Under the pieces are notes generated by a model, which had not been told where the DNA came from, made no database searches, and worked only from the letters and a program-made list of their open reading frames with translations. Made by a program: the position numbers and the translations under genes. Below are positions 1 to 19,513 of a stretch of DNA of 64,000 nt, one piece after another (positions within the stretch are counted from its first letter, which is position 1; every line of letters begins with the position of its first letter). Origin of the DNA: Balanoglossus misakiensis (taxonomy: Eukaryota; Animalia; Hemichordata); assembly GCA_040954595.2 (NCBI GenBank), contig CM082578.2, positions 12,648,520 to 12,712,519 on the forward strand, in the 5' to 3' direction.

Positions 1-199
1 CAACAACGTTTTAAAGTCGTTTGTGAGCATGGGTGGTAGGACCCAGTTTGTTTCCCAGCTGTACAGTTTTCAGGTTATGTCGGCGTCAAATGGCTATAGT
101 TCACGACGTGACGTGAGCGCCAGTGAATAGCACATGCAACAGGTCGGACACTATATAGTTATACACTTCTATAGTCGAGCACTGACAAACTGCACCATC

Positions 200-388
200 C
201 GTGCGTTGTTGCCGTCGCTTCTACGGAAAAATAAACCGGGTCGCTCAATACCAATAGCGGCGGCGTATATATGGAAAGAACACAAGTTGGACGTCAACTT
301 GATAAGTTTGTGGAGTGACCGTGGTCTGTCAAAGTGTGGTCGTAGTAGCAGCTGAGAATAAATATTATTTTCGTTGGCGAAGGAACTG
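200..388 (+). pseudogene. Decayed candidate first exon of the HNMT-like gene
   Basis: 361-388 encodes NIIFVGEGT-G, which joins in phase 1 to exon 2695 to give IIFVGEGTGEKD (cf. HNMT ILSIGGGAGEID). The upstream frame has stops (TGA 316, TAG 343, TAG 346) and the donor reads GG rather than GT. The 5' limit is approximate. Confidence 0.5.
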
Positions 389-2694
389 GGACAAAAATTG
401 AAGCGATTTCGCCTTGTTCGTGTAGTAGTTTGATGGAGTCGGTCATATTCTGGTTGTGACAAATATATTAGTTATTTGTTCAATTATTTACTTGTATGTT
501 TCCAACAGCGTTTGATAACCAGCTGATACTCGCCCCCTTGGTGAGCACATTTGCATGATATATATTTCGTTTGAATGAAAAATCATGAAAACAACGCAAA
601 AATTTCCGTACCGTAGAGCTTTAATACTCCATGACAAGAACGGCAGATTATTGTCACCGAGAGGTCAGAATCCAAAACGCGGCTTCTGTTCAAGGAGGGA
701 CGCATTTTACCAGTCAAGAACCCACAGCCAACCAAGACACCTGCGAAAAAAATTGAACACGCATTTTGCGTCGTCAACTTCCAATTTGCGCGAAAGTTAC
801 ACGTGTTGCACATGCGCAATGTATTGGCAAAGACGTATTAAAACTCTTAAGTAGAACTGGTTAATAATCGGCATAACATTAGACTGGAAGTTGTAACAAA
901 ATCCGTTTAAAAATAATCATGCTTTCGATCCATCGACAATAAATTTCAGACGAGAAAACGCAGTTTCAAAATAACAGTGACAGAAAACACAGTCCGACTA
1001 TTCGACTTGTTACTCTCTGCATGTGGCCATAAAATACTCTGGCGTGAGAGATAAAAAAGGTGAAGGCTGTCATGAACTCGAATTGCGGCGGATATTTTCG
1101 GATCAAAAACGACAATACTGACAGCTACAAATCGCACGTCAGCGCAGAGAAAGGACAGAGCGCGCACAGACGAGACCCGCTTCATTCAAGTCCTTTCAGC
1201 TTTTTGAAATCACGGACAAATCAGCTTATCAATGTATTCTTCTCGAGCGCAAGAATAGAGATTTCATTCAGGTGGGGAAGGCAGCGACAAATGCACTGTT
1301 TGGAAAAGAGGAGACGATACAATGACACGGAGAGGAACAGCTTTCAAATGACAACATTGCCGGGTGGAAAACAGCTTGCCCGATGCCACACACGCGCCTC
1401 CGCGGGAAAACTCCCCTTCGCCTATGTATTTGGATACTGGTGTTTGCCTTCATTGCAACAAATAGTCCATGGACCGAAATTATTCAGAAACCGCGGGAAG
1501 CTTGTTCCCTATGGTTAATATCGCACGCCATTAAATGCTTAGAAACGAAAGCAGTAATTCGAAAGCAGTAATTAATCGGGTAATTAATGTGTATTTAGTG
1601 TATTTGTGTGAGCAACACGACACCGACGACAAACTAAATTCAGGGGGAGGAGGTAGTTTAAATTTGTAGATTTTTGGGTTGGGGTGTATCGCCTCTGTCA
1701 TGGAAATTGCATGGGGTCTAAATCAATAAATTTTAGACCCACTATTACTAGCCACGGATTCATATGAAACACGGTTGGGGCCAACGGTATACGATATTTT
1801 CTGACCCACTTCAAGACCCGAACCTCTAAATTAATACCAACTTTAAGAGGTTAGTTCTGACCCTTGCAAACTCAACTTCAGGTCAAGATTCTGACATTTA
1901 CGGTGGAAAAGACGGCGAGAAAATTAGGATCTTCCACTTCAAACTTCATATCCCCATATTCATCAATACACAGACCATTCCACCCAATACCAAACGACAG
2001 AGATATATCCGAATTACGACAGTAACAAGGATTAACCCATGCACGTAATGGTAAAGAAACGGCATGGGCCAATCCACAGGTAGCTCCGAGTGGTGCCGCT
2101 TGCGTGCCAGGTCGGTCGGTCGGTTGGTCGGTCGGAAGTCCATATGTCGCCCCCTTTATTTCAGCGGAAAGAAAGTTTTCTCGAGGAGGGCGAAATGCAG
2201 GGGAGCAAATATCATATATGTCATAATTCCCCACAGCTGCTCACAGACCTATCAATATTTGCCGGTAGCATAATCCATTAATTGTACCTAATAATGCGTT
2301 CTCCATGGCTCCGTTTTGGTCACAATAAAGACATCGAAGTCAACGTAACAACCATGAGATGTCTGTCTATGCGACCGTTATAAACAAACTCACAAAACTC
2401 ACGACAGCCTTCAATTCGTGCCACAAATTTCGCAACACGTGTATACGTGTATCATACTGTATTGACTTTATATTTTTTTTACAATACGCGATGTGTTGAC
2501 TTTCCCCACAAGTCATAAAACTTAAGTTCCAAAGCTGCCGATTATTGTGCAGTTATCTGAACGACTTGGTGTTGCCATGTGAACCGGGAACAGTGAAAAT
2601 TGGCTTGACTTGGGGCCCCTTTAACTTGTAAAAAAGAATCACCGGCTTCATTAATTAAATTAATTAATTCATACAATTATTTCAATTATTAAAG

Positions 2695-4720
2695 GGGAAA
2701 AGGACGCAGAGATACTTCGACAAGTCAAGGACCACTTCCCCAAGATATCATATCGAGTGGTGGAGCCAAGCTGCGATAGATTGCGAGATCTTCAAACGAG
2801 ACTTGTCGAGAAGTCAGCGGAACACGTGAAGTTCGATATTCGACTTGAAAAGGTGGGAGGTTTGCTTTCTTGTATTAACTGAAGTGACTTTGATTATTTC
2901 AATAACTTTTTTGTGATAGGTGTACGTCATAAATTTGGTCTGCAAAACTGAAAAAAATAAAACGTAATAAAAATGCATGGCTGCTCAGTTATTTAAGTGC
3001 AATAAAATACGTTCCACTTTATCTTAGCAGCCAGGGTTTATCGGCAATAACAAAAATGGTATAAGGTAAAAGTTACTGAAATGTAAAATGGCTGCATTTG
3101 AGAAATTGTGTTTTTTTTTTCTCAAAATTTTAACACGTTCCTGGTTTCGGAATTTCCGATACTGTTATTTCAATTCCTGTACCCGACAGTGTCCACGCAG
3201 CTCAGCTATAGCAAACCTTTTACCGCATCGTAACCGCAGTTATTAATAAACTGCCGATGTAGGATATTTATGGGGCATCACGTGCCGTAAAAACGAGACG
3301 ATAATTACATATTGAAGACGCCCCCGACAACGACACTCGGCGCCGCTCCTGAGTGAAGCACGGATGTTAATACATAATTGTAATACAATTATCCAGAAGT
3401 TACACGCTTCAAAATCCATTGACTGTTATAACAAATACTATAGTAGATGAATTATTAGCCATTGCAGTTATTAATACTTCGCACTTTTGGTTCAAATGTT
3501 TCACTGACTTCTCTTTAGAATCTGTCGTCCATATGAGCAACCACTCCGGAAACCATGGTTTAGATTTCAACCGTCACGGTGTTGGCCTCTGCGGGGAGAG
3601 ATAGAGAGTGCCGCTGGCGACGTATCTGAGTTTACAACCGATTATTAACGCCATTATATTTTTTACAGGGAGAGAAATTATTCGAATAACTACCAAGGAA
3701 AACGGTATTTCGATATAGGAAGAAGAAAACGCGAAGGTCATCCTCACAAATGGCTTAAACCACCCATAAAACGAACATTTAGCATACAATGTACTCAGGA
3801 TAAACGCCATGAAAATCATGAAGCAACACGTTCTCGTCAGCATGTTGAATGTCAAATTATGTCTACGAGAAGTCAAGACTTGTTGTTTGATTCCTGTAAA
3901 AGTAGCCTCAGTTTTTCAAAGTTGTACATGTATGTTGTAGTTCGTGCTCAGCTTTTCGTTGACATTGTACACTTTTCTGTCCAGGCTTCTATATCATCGC
4001 TGTTGGATAGGAAATTTCACCTGATTCACCTGTTGCACGTTGTGGCCTACATCGAGAACGCCGAAGAATATCTTCTTCAGTGCTACAAGCAACTGCATCC
4101 GAGTGGTATACTGATGGTGCAGATAGATTCAGGTGTGTGTGAGTCTGGCTATATTGCAATTGTCTATAGGCTACATCGATATGAGCAATTCCACAAATAG
4201 TATTGCGACCAACATGCCCGCATTTTCTTGATCCCTACGGTACGTGGGCTGACGTACATATATAATGTTAGTACAAAATATTCAAAACAATGTATATTCC
4301 ACATCTCTGCATCTGTTACAAGGAAACTTTCCCTTTTTGTCGTTTTCAGACGAACAGAACGGACTTGCTTTCCTGGATGGCGTGATATCGGCCGAGCGCG
4401 AGCGCCGCGGCGGGTTGATGAAGGGCTTCCTGACGACGTCACAGCTGGAGAACGCCTTGAAGAAGCACACCATGACCTACGAGAAGTTCCACTACGCCGG
4501 CACGGCAGACATCAGCGAGTGCTTCGTCGACGACTCGCCGAAGGGCGAGTGCCTTCTCCACTACCTGCTGCTGCAGGAGAATTTCAACATAGCCGAACTG
4601 ACCAAAGAAGTCCGACGCAATATTCTCAGCTACCTGAAAGAAAGCAACCATGTCAAAGTGTCCAACGGCAAAATCGTCATCCAGGACGAATTTGACATGT
4701 TTCTAATTTACAAAGAGTGA
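2695..4720 (+). CDS. Histamine N-methyltransferase-like SAM-dependent methyltransferase, 5'-incomplete (exons 2695-2852, 3985-4132, 4350-4720)
   Basis: Spliced translation GEKDAEILRQVKDHFPKISYRVVEPS...|...RKFHLIHLLHVVAYIENAEEYL...|...ADISECFVDDSPKGECLLHYL...DEFDMFLIYKE* parallels HNMT (GEIDLQIL..VVEPS; FIHMIQMLYYV; DISDCF..G.LL.FL). GT-AG sites with compatible phases 0 and 1. Confidence 0.8.
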
Positions 4721-5213
4721 TACGTGAAAGAAAGAAAGAAAAAGGCAGACATGTCTCAGTAAATTACTGATTTGATTTGGCTAATGAAGAGTACACTCTA
4801 TTGACTTGGGTATCAAATCGTTACCCGCACAATGTTTGACTTAATTTTGTGTAATTCGCCAGTTACACTGAAATACACTGAAATCATTGTACTTTCAACT
4901 TCATTAATCGCGGCCATAAGTGCACTTAATTTAAAGATTAATTTATTTATTTTATTGTAATAATAATTGATTATCCCAACTACCAAAATTGGTACTAGTA
5001 ATAAAATAAAGTTACCACTTTTGAACTTTGATCATTTGCTTTGGAGTCATATTTTCGGCCAAAAAGAGCGTGTGGTGAAAGTAGATCTAGAGACAACGCA
5101 AAGAACACGATTTTCTCGGGTGCAAAGTTCTAAATAAAGGCGTCTGCATTACTAGTAATTAACACTTGTTTAAAATTACTTCTTTCATTATAATTCAAAT
5201 CAAGTTCGTCTAC

Positions 5214-5358
5214 CTCCACTACCTGCTGCTACAGGAGAATTTCGACATAACAGAACTGACCAACGAAGTCCGACAAAATATTCTCAGCTGCCTGGTAGAA
5301 AGCAACCATGTGAAAGTGTCCAACGGCAAAATCGTCATCTAATTAATACAAAGAATGA
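5214..5358 (+). pseudogene. Duplicated 3' fragment of the HNMT-like last exon
   Basis: Near-identical to 4556-4720 (LHYLLLQENFDITELTNEVRQNILSCLVESNHVKVSNGKIVI*), with an internal deletion and early TAA. No upstream exon part is present. Confidence 0.85.
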
Positions 5359-5879
5359 TGCGACATTGTGGCAAGGGCGTGCCCTGGCTTCATATCTTAT
5401 TTCATGTCCAAAAAAAAAACAAAAAAAAAAACACGACACACAAAGTGCAATTTTTTTACTAATTTAATGAGCACATTACTCTTTTACAAAATGTAAATAA
5501 GTCTAACATTTCAGATAAAGGACACAATTGAACAAACTACTTGTAACACCTACGAGTACAACACAAATTCTTTCAAAAATACTTTTCTGTCTTCTCATGA
5601 ACAGAATGGCAGAATTACAACGCGAGGAAGATAATGATTGAATCAATATCTCCACCCCATATTCGTTATTTTAGAACATGTACATGTAACGTCTTAATTT
5701 TCTATTGTCTTTTTTTTCGGGGGTCTCTGCCACTGAATTGTTCAATGTGATTATTCAACACAATAAATTCAAAAGTACACAATCAATTGCTCGCTTCAAA
5801 CGACTGTAATTTAATTTTCCTGTAATTACTAGTAATATGTCACTGAACAGATTACAGTCACCTAATTTACATATGCCCT

Positions 5880-6112
5880 TTAAAGGTAGTCTGCACCTAG
5901 GAAATCTTCGAAGTCTTACTCTTTTTCTCATTTTTTAATAAAGATATTCTCTCTTAAAATTTCCTTAAAAGAACATGTCTAAGAATTTGAATGACTTTGT
6001 GGTGGCGCATTTTTTTATGTGGCTATCCAGTGCAAATCTCTCATTGGTTAGATCTCTGCATTCCATGGTAATGGTGGCTATATTTGCATATTAGCTGACT
6101 GTCCACCTTTAA
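5880..6112. mobile_element. Possible TTAA-flanked non-autonomous DNA transposon (Kolobok-like termini)
   Basis: TTAA-AGGT...ACCT-TTAA ends. A related left-end fragment (tttaaggtagtatgtgcc) lies near 18398. The TIR match is short. Confidence 0.3.
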
Positions 6113-7580
6113 GAGCATCATCTGGCTTTCCACCACACCAACAAACCAGAGTCCCCTCCTCACAAGTTGAGACCCTCCCCCTCATGCACATAACTACCCC
6201 CTCCCCCCGCACACAAGTATAAATCTTTCCATCAAGGTGATATATGCTGCCTCTTCTAAACTGTTGGTGGAAGTGTTCATTCTCTCTCTCTACGCATCTC
6301 TCTCTTTAAACTAGTGAATGAAAATAGAACATCTTTTTCTCTCTGAAAAACTGTATCTTCAAAAAGTTTGAAATGGAGTTTAAAGACAATATTGCATCAA
6401 AATTCAAGTCCGGTCTGTTGTGTTACTTCATCGTCTACGCTTACAAGAATTCTTGTCCTAAAGTTTTAAAACCAACTTTTTTTCTTCTTCATAATGCTAT
6501 GCATGGTTTGAAGTAGAATAATCCCTTATACCATGCTTGTTAATTGTATGTCCTATACGAAAACAGACATCACAAAAAGTTGACACTAATCCTGGCTCAA
6601 AGTAGTGGCGTTAAATATCTCTCAGTATTAAAACAAATGCCACCAGAGTTGAGCACTTCTAACCTTTCCTGCTAACAAAAATCATGTTTTTATCGTTTTC
6701 ATCTTAGTTCTGTGTAAACACTACAGTATATATATACATGTATATAACAAATGCAATTAACTTCAATTTTATTTATTTTCAATGATTTTTTTCTGTGACT
6801 TGTTTTTGGACATCTCTGTGGAGCCAGCTTTGATGAAAAGTATGAAAATTAGTCGTATCAAAAACTGCAAATATGGTTAGCAAAACCTGCACAAAAGCTG
6901 TGAGTGAATGAATGAAGCAGAAAAGAGAAGAGTTGCTATATATATTTACAGGCACAAAAGGGTTACAGTTGTAATTCTTGTGCTCAGACTAACATTAGGA
7001 CTTATCACATACTTGTGAGAAAACTGCTGATGCCTGAAGTTACACTACAGCTTTCTAAAAGTTCTGCGGACAGAAGTGGTTTTAATTCACAATGAAATGT
7101 AAACATTAACTGAACGAGTGAAAATTGTTGTAGAAACAAAAAATTAATCATAAAAATTATGTTATTATTGCTGACAATATTTGAATTTACTGTCATGTTT
7201 GTCATTATCTTGTAAAGCCTTATCGTATCTTGCACAAAATGGGCAACTGTATTCCAGTGGCTGTCTGAGCCATTATGTAGGACTTTTGTACTTCACGGAA
7301 CACTGGCAATTTACGAAGGAAACCGATGAAAATGCTGCACATATTGTCTATTGAACTGCATACAACCCAAAAGCTACATTTTGAAAGAACATAAAACATC
7401 CATGTTTATAGCACCATGATAAATAAACCTGTGTTTTTGAATGACTGGAGTTTTAATTTTGTCTGTGTCAGTTTAAAGTCAAATTTTGACTTCATCATTC
7501 TTATAAAGAATAAACTTTTCTCCTAATGTCTGATATAAATAAATGTGACCCCATAAACATATCTACTCTGCAACTGGCCA

Positions 7581-7651
7581 TTAATGCTTTCACTCCTGTT
7601 TTCTGCAGAAAACAACGGATTTGGACCAAACCATTGTGGTGAAAGGGTTAA
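7581..7651. mobile_element. Degenerate copy of the piggyBac-like MITE, downstream of MKLN1
   Basis: TTAA...gaaaacaacggatttggaccaaaccattgtggtgaaaggg-TTAA aligns with the 3' half of 27260-27344. Confidence 0.65.
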
Positions 7652-8941
7652 ACTTAGAATGGATTATGCCAGCTAATGAACAAGCACAAAATTGTGTTCA
7701 CTATAAAGTCAACAACTCCCCGCCTCCCAAAGAATAACTGTCATCTATCTAACATCTAAATTTCAGTTCACTTAATAACTAAACTGCCACTTCTACAATG
7801 ATGGGTTAAGTAACTAGGGCCCGCATCTAAAAACAGAAAATACACCCATACAGACGCACCATCTTGATTGAAACATCTAAAATTAGCGGTATATAAAGTA
7901 AAAATCAAGTAAAAATCAAAGTCACAAGTTCCCTGTAATTTATATACAGTTGCTGATGATCAGCTCCTTCAGATGTCCACATCAAGACAAGTGTGTTATC
8001 TGTACAAATGACATGAAGCAGATTCATATAAACATGAGGGTGGAGTTGGGATTAGGGTTCCGTACATTCTGCTGGCTCTGTCGAATTCAGCAAGGTCTCT
8101 GTGTGAGAATGGACGATATCTGGCACTTGGCATCTGCTGGTTTTTGCACAATCCCCTGTTATGCCACTTGGATTGGAAAATAAATGTGAAGTACCACTGT
8201 CCGCAAAACGATCCATCTGTATCTTCTAATCAGTCGGTGTACAATAAAGACTGCAGTTTACATCATTAACTTCATACAAACAGGAATTCTGACTTCTTGC
8301 AGTGATGTAGATCGCAGCTTCTGGCCATCATTTAGCATCAGTGAAATCTTTCCTTGGTCGATGACTGTTTCCACAGATACTCCGGTACTTATGTCATTCC
8401 CTCCACCCACTATCTTCATTCTTGAAGCTTTCCACTTGTCTGTCAAACTGGTCAAAGTCACCATAATGCACGCCTTACACGTTACAACTGGCACAATGTA
8501 TACATTTGAGAACAGACGTCTGTTCCGCATGTACATTGCTTAAGTACTTAACAATTCAGCAAAAAAAAATCAGCCACTTTCGGAAATAGCCCTTTTTCTA
8601 TATCATGAAAATATTGACAAACAGTAAATTCTTAATCACAAAAATATTTGCAAGTGCCTGTGTTTTTTTTCTCATTTACATATCCGAGCAGATTCTTACC
8701 TGAAAAAAATGCCACATATGTGAAAAGGTGTTGCACCTGTACAAACGCCAACCAGCATTCTCCGTCCCATCCTTGTTTTTAAAATCAAATATGTATTCTC
8801 ATAAAAAATAAATTCTGAATGGCAGCTACCACCACTCTGGTGGAAGGATAACTGTCACAATGCCACAAATGAATCAACTCTGAGTGAGAGATCACACCTG
8901 CAGGTGGTGAAGATACTGGCAAAGATGTTAATGTTTCTTCT

Positions 8942-14661
<5,720 letters not shown>

Positions 14662-15012
14662 TTTCTTCTTTGAACGGCCTTTTCAGACCCCTCAAGTTGG
14701 TATGTATTTTATACCAAGGGAGGTTCTTGTTGTTCAGTAATTATCTCCCAAAATTGTGATAGAAAATGTGACTCTCTTAATCATAAATGTCTAAACTTTG
14801 GAAATATACAAACAATGGTTTGAAAAGAAATAAATTGTGGTCTCGGAAAAAACGTACATTACACATTGACCAGCTTAAAGGGCCTTATCACTTGGGGTTA
14901 TAGGTCAACGTAGCCGGTCAACGAAGGATCGCCCGTCCGTCAGTCCTCGGGAATATCGAGCAAATATTTTGTCGAATTTGTGGACTCACACGAGTTTGAC
15001 AACGCCAATAAA
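14662..15012. promoter_or_regulatory. Bidirectional promoter region shared by MKLN1 and CPT2
   Basis: Divergent start codons are only ~350 bp apart (14661 on -, 15013 on +), both in an AAAATGGC context. Confidence 0.7.
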
Positions 15013-18000
15013 ATGGCCGGTCTACAGCGACTTGTTAGCGGCAAACCGATGCTGAGTTCAGCCGCAAACTGGAAAAGTTTAGCGATATGCCAGGTGTGTA
15101 TGTACCTGTAGATTGTAATGTACATGTACCGCATATACAAGTGTATACACAGACAATATTTTGTATTTGGAGGGCCAGGGATGCCATGGGTGCAGATGAA
15201 TGATGCACGACATACATGCACAGTACTATTCAAAAATAAATACAGTCAGGTTAGATACCCAACAGTGCGCCTCTGGCAGTGTGTGGGGAGATACCATCAC
15301 AGTGATTCTGAGCATAAAACTTTGACATGATCATAACTGCACAGTCCAATGTCTACTGTAAAGCCATACATGCATGTAATGTATTCTGCTCGGCGTAACA
15401 AATAATTCGTGTTTTTCACCCAATTAGAATTCTCTGAAGGGAAGTCATCAGATACTGGACAGTGGGAAAAGAAACAGGTATGAATATGATACTGTCTTCT
15501 TCTTCCATAAATAATATGCAAATTAAGATAAAAATATAAATTTAATAATAGTAATGTGTGTGAAGAGAGAGAAAGGGGGGGGGGAGATGAAAAGGAAAAT
15601 AAAAAAAATCATGTATGGGTACATACATATATATGTGCATACATGCATGCATACATAGATGACTTTCATTTGCATTTTTTTTGCTATAATAAAAATTAAT
15701 CACATGTCTATATTTGTGTATGTGAGTGTGACACTGTTTTTCATCAACTGATAAATAGCCAGTATATTTGACAGAATTTCTTCTTTCCTATTCGTAAGTT
15801 CATCAACTTCATCAGATGAATTCCTGCACCCAACAAGTGTGGTGCCCACAATGCATTTCCAGCCAAGTCTACCTAGACTGCCGATACCCAAACTACAAGA
15901 CACATGTGACAGGTACCTCAGGTCACAGAGACCAGAACTCGATGATAACAATTTTGCAAAAACGAGCAAAATAGTTCAGGATTTCCTTGAAGGCAAAGGA
16001 AAGGGTGAGCAGTCTCCTTCATCATGACTGATACTGGTACAGCCGTGCAGTCCTTTGAACTCCGGTGGCCTTCATAGCGACCTTTGACATCACTGGCTTA
16101 TACCCCAAGCAAATTTCAAAGTGTTTAAAAGACATTTTCCCCATTTTCTTGACACGATTAGACAGAAGGTTAATATTTTGTGAGAATGTCAATTTGTTAC
16201 TTAGCTTGTTATTTTTAGACCCTTTTGAAGATCAAATGCGAGATTAAATTAATTCTTGCTAATGAACTACAGTGTGAATTTTCCCATAATATGTGGGATT
16301 CCATATGTTTTTTTCTTTGTAATTTATATGTTTATAATTTGTTTACTATAAATAGAACTGCATGAAGAACTAGTAGCCAAAGACAAGAAGAATAAACACA
16401 CAAGCTACATTTCAGGTACAGTGTGATATACGTTGTCTTTTGACCATCTTCTGAATTGGCATTACCCGTAGAAAAACCCATTTTGACATCAACAATGAAT
16501 ATCAAATGTAACACTATTTTAATGAAAAGTTTTGTGTGCTTTTTTTTGTTAATACACTACATGACTGTTAAATTTTTCATTCAGGTCCATGGTTTGACAT
16601 GTATCTAGAGGCAAGAGTACCCATTGTTTTGAATCACAATCCATTCATGACATTCAATATGGATCCAAGACCCGAATACAATGATCAGGCAAGATCACAG
16701 TGTCTTTGTTTTTTAACAGCATGTTGTTTATTACATCATCAAAAAGTTCCACATGGCTTGTACATATGTTATAATAACCAATAGAAGACTTCTTTTGCAT
16801 ATTCATTGGTTCTAAGTAGAGTTAATGACAATAGTCTGCAAGGTGCTTGTGAAAACAGAAAACAGTTGCACTGATTTCTCCCTCTCCCTCTCTCCCCTTG
16901 TTGCTCAAACAGGTGGTTAGATCAACCAATTTCATAGTTTCTGCAGTGAGATGGATGAAGACAATACGGGCGGGAATTTTGGAGCCTGAAATCTATCACA
17001 TGAATCCAGCTAAGAGTGATACTTGGATGTTCCATAATATTGCCAGGTAAATAAATGCAAGACAGAGCCGCAAAATTTCTGGGTTTTCATGATGAGCAGT
17101 GGGAAAACATTTTTAGTTCTGATCACAGAGTGTCTAATTCATTGATTCTGTAATAATTCTGTTTTCCCCAGAATGGTACCAAGTTCCTTGTCGTGGTATG
17201 TAGCATACCTGTACAAAGCTTATCCTCTGGACATGAGTCAGTACAAGCGTCTTTTCAACTCTACTAGAATTCCACGGCAACAGAAAGATGAACTCTACAG
17301 TGACCCCAGCGCCAGGCATATAGTTGTCATGAGAAATGGACATTTTTATGTCTTCAACGTCATCTTTGCAGATGGTAAAATATCCTTATATGGCTTGATT
17401 TGCACAGAGTTGATGCAGATGCTGGTGTCTTTTGCATAGCAAATCAAGTTGCAACATTTTCTGACTGTGTAAAGGGGAATTGTTGAGTCAGTGCTGTGGG
17501 CAAAGGAGTATAAACAGTTTGAGTGTTAGTATAGTCCATTCAATGATTTCTTAAATTGGTGTCAAAACTTTCTTTACAACAGGGCACATTGTACCAGCAT
17601 CAGAAATCCAAGCCCACCTGCAGTACATCTTATCGGATAACACGCCTCCCCCAGAGCATGGTGTCGGAGTATTGACCACAGAGAATCGCGACACCTGGGC
17701 TTCAATGAGGAGCCAGCTAGAGGAGGCCGGCAACGTCGATACATTAAAACTGATCGATTCTGCAGTCTTCTGTCTCTGCTTGGAAGACAGTGAACCCGGG
17801 TTTGACCCTGAGACGCTTGGTCGACTAAAGCTGCATGGGGATGGTATCAATAGGTAAATCATGCCTTCTGTCTGTTTCAAATGGCTCTTAAACTAAAGAC
17901 TTGTGTCTATCATTACACAGGGCTGAAGTGTACTGTATGCAAAATATTAGGTAATTTGTTATTTGATTTACAGGTAACATGAGAAAATTATAGTTAACAT

Positions 18001-19513
18001 GATAAAATTTTGAATATACTGTGCGAGGGACACCAGTGGTAAAAAGGTTTATATTTCATGTACTGTGCCCTATATCAAAATAGCTGATGTTTACAGGGGA
18101 TATGTGTCGCTCACTAACTCACAAGGATAAAAAAGTTCTGATGTCTTTTCACAGATGGTTCGATAAATCCTTCCAGCTGATTGTCTGCAAAGACGGCATT
18201 TCCTCCATCAACATGGAGCACGCGTGGGGAGACGGTGTGGCTGTGGTCAGGTTCATGAAAGATGCCTTCGAAGAGTGTATCAAGAAACCGGCCTTGGCGC
18301 CGGGCACTTCACCCGCCAAGGTGGATTCTTCACACGCTGTCAAAAAGGTGACTACCATAATCATACTCTCTCACGAGAGCCTCAGAATGAAGTAGGATTT
18401 TAAGGTAGTATGTGCCTTGGAGACAGATTTTCAGAAAAATGAAAGTCTTTTCCAACCCTGTTTTTTCACTTTCACTTTTTGCAGTTGGAGTGGCACTTGA
18501 CGCCAGCCGTCAAGGAAGGAATAGACGCCGCGATGAAGAAATTCCAGCAGAGTACGAGTAGCTTGAGGATAAACTCGCTGGAGGATAAAAACATGACCAA
18601 GGCTATCTTCAAGAAGTGTAAAGTCAGCCCGGACTCTATGATGCAGTTGTCATTTCAGGTCGGTGCAGACTCATGGTAATACAGATAATATCTCGTACTC
18701 AGCGGTATCACACACCTTTCTCTTTAATGTAGTAGTCCAATTACTAGTATAATCTTCTTGATAATAAGGTCTTGTACTCTTACTGTAATCTTCCAAACTG
18801 GACTAATTATTTTTGTGGTCTCCACAGATGGCGTACTACAGACTTACAGGGGGAACGGCTGCAACATACGAATCCTGCACCACTGCGGCTTACAAACATG
18901 GCCGCACAGAGACGCTGAGATCGGCCACCGTGGAAACTAAGAAGTGCAGCGAAGCTTTCAGTCAGTCCGGCGTCAGCAACGAGGAGAAGAGAGCTCTCCT
19001 GATGGCTTGCTCCAACAAACACAACGAGTTAACGAAGGAGGCTTCAATGGGTAAGCAGCGACGAAACTGTAACTACTGACTCTTCTTTTGTGAATCAAAT
19101 GCAAAATTCTTCTTCTACTTCCTACAGCATATTAAAATTGCCCAGTGTAAATAATTTAGATACTGTAACTTTCTTTCTGTGAAATTTCAGGCCAGGGATG
19201 GGATCGTCATCTGTTCGCGATGAGACATCTGGCCACCAGCCACGGCCACACGCTGGACATGTTCGAAGACCCGGCCTACAAATCCATCAACCATATTATC
19301 CTCTCAACCAGCACTCTCAGCAACCCAGCCATCCACTTTGGGGCTTTTGCACCCGTCGTTTCCAACGGTCTCGGCATCGGGTACCAAATCGGCGACGACC
19401 GGTGCGGATGCGTCGTGACCAGTTATCCGGACTCTCCCAATGCAAATGAATTCGTAGACAATGTCGGCACGAGCCTTCAAGATATCTACCGCGTTCTTTC
19501 AGACACCAAGTGA
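15013..19513 (+). CDS. CPT2: Carnitine O-palmitoyltransferase 2, mitochondrial, ~12 exons (15013-15093, 15428-15477, ~15799-16004, ... 19191-19513)
   Basis: [52 protein letters not shown], catalytic [39 protein letters not shown] at 19511-19513. The N-terminus is basic and transit-peptide-like. Confidence 0.97.
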
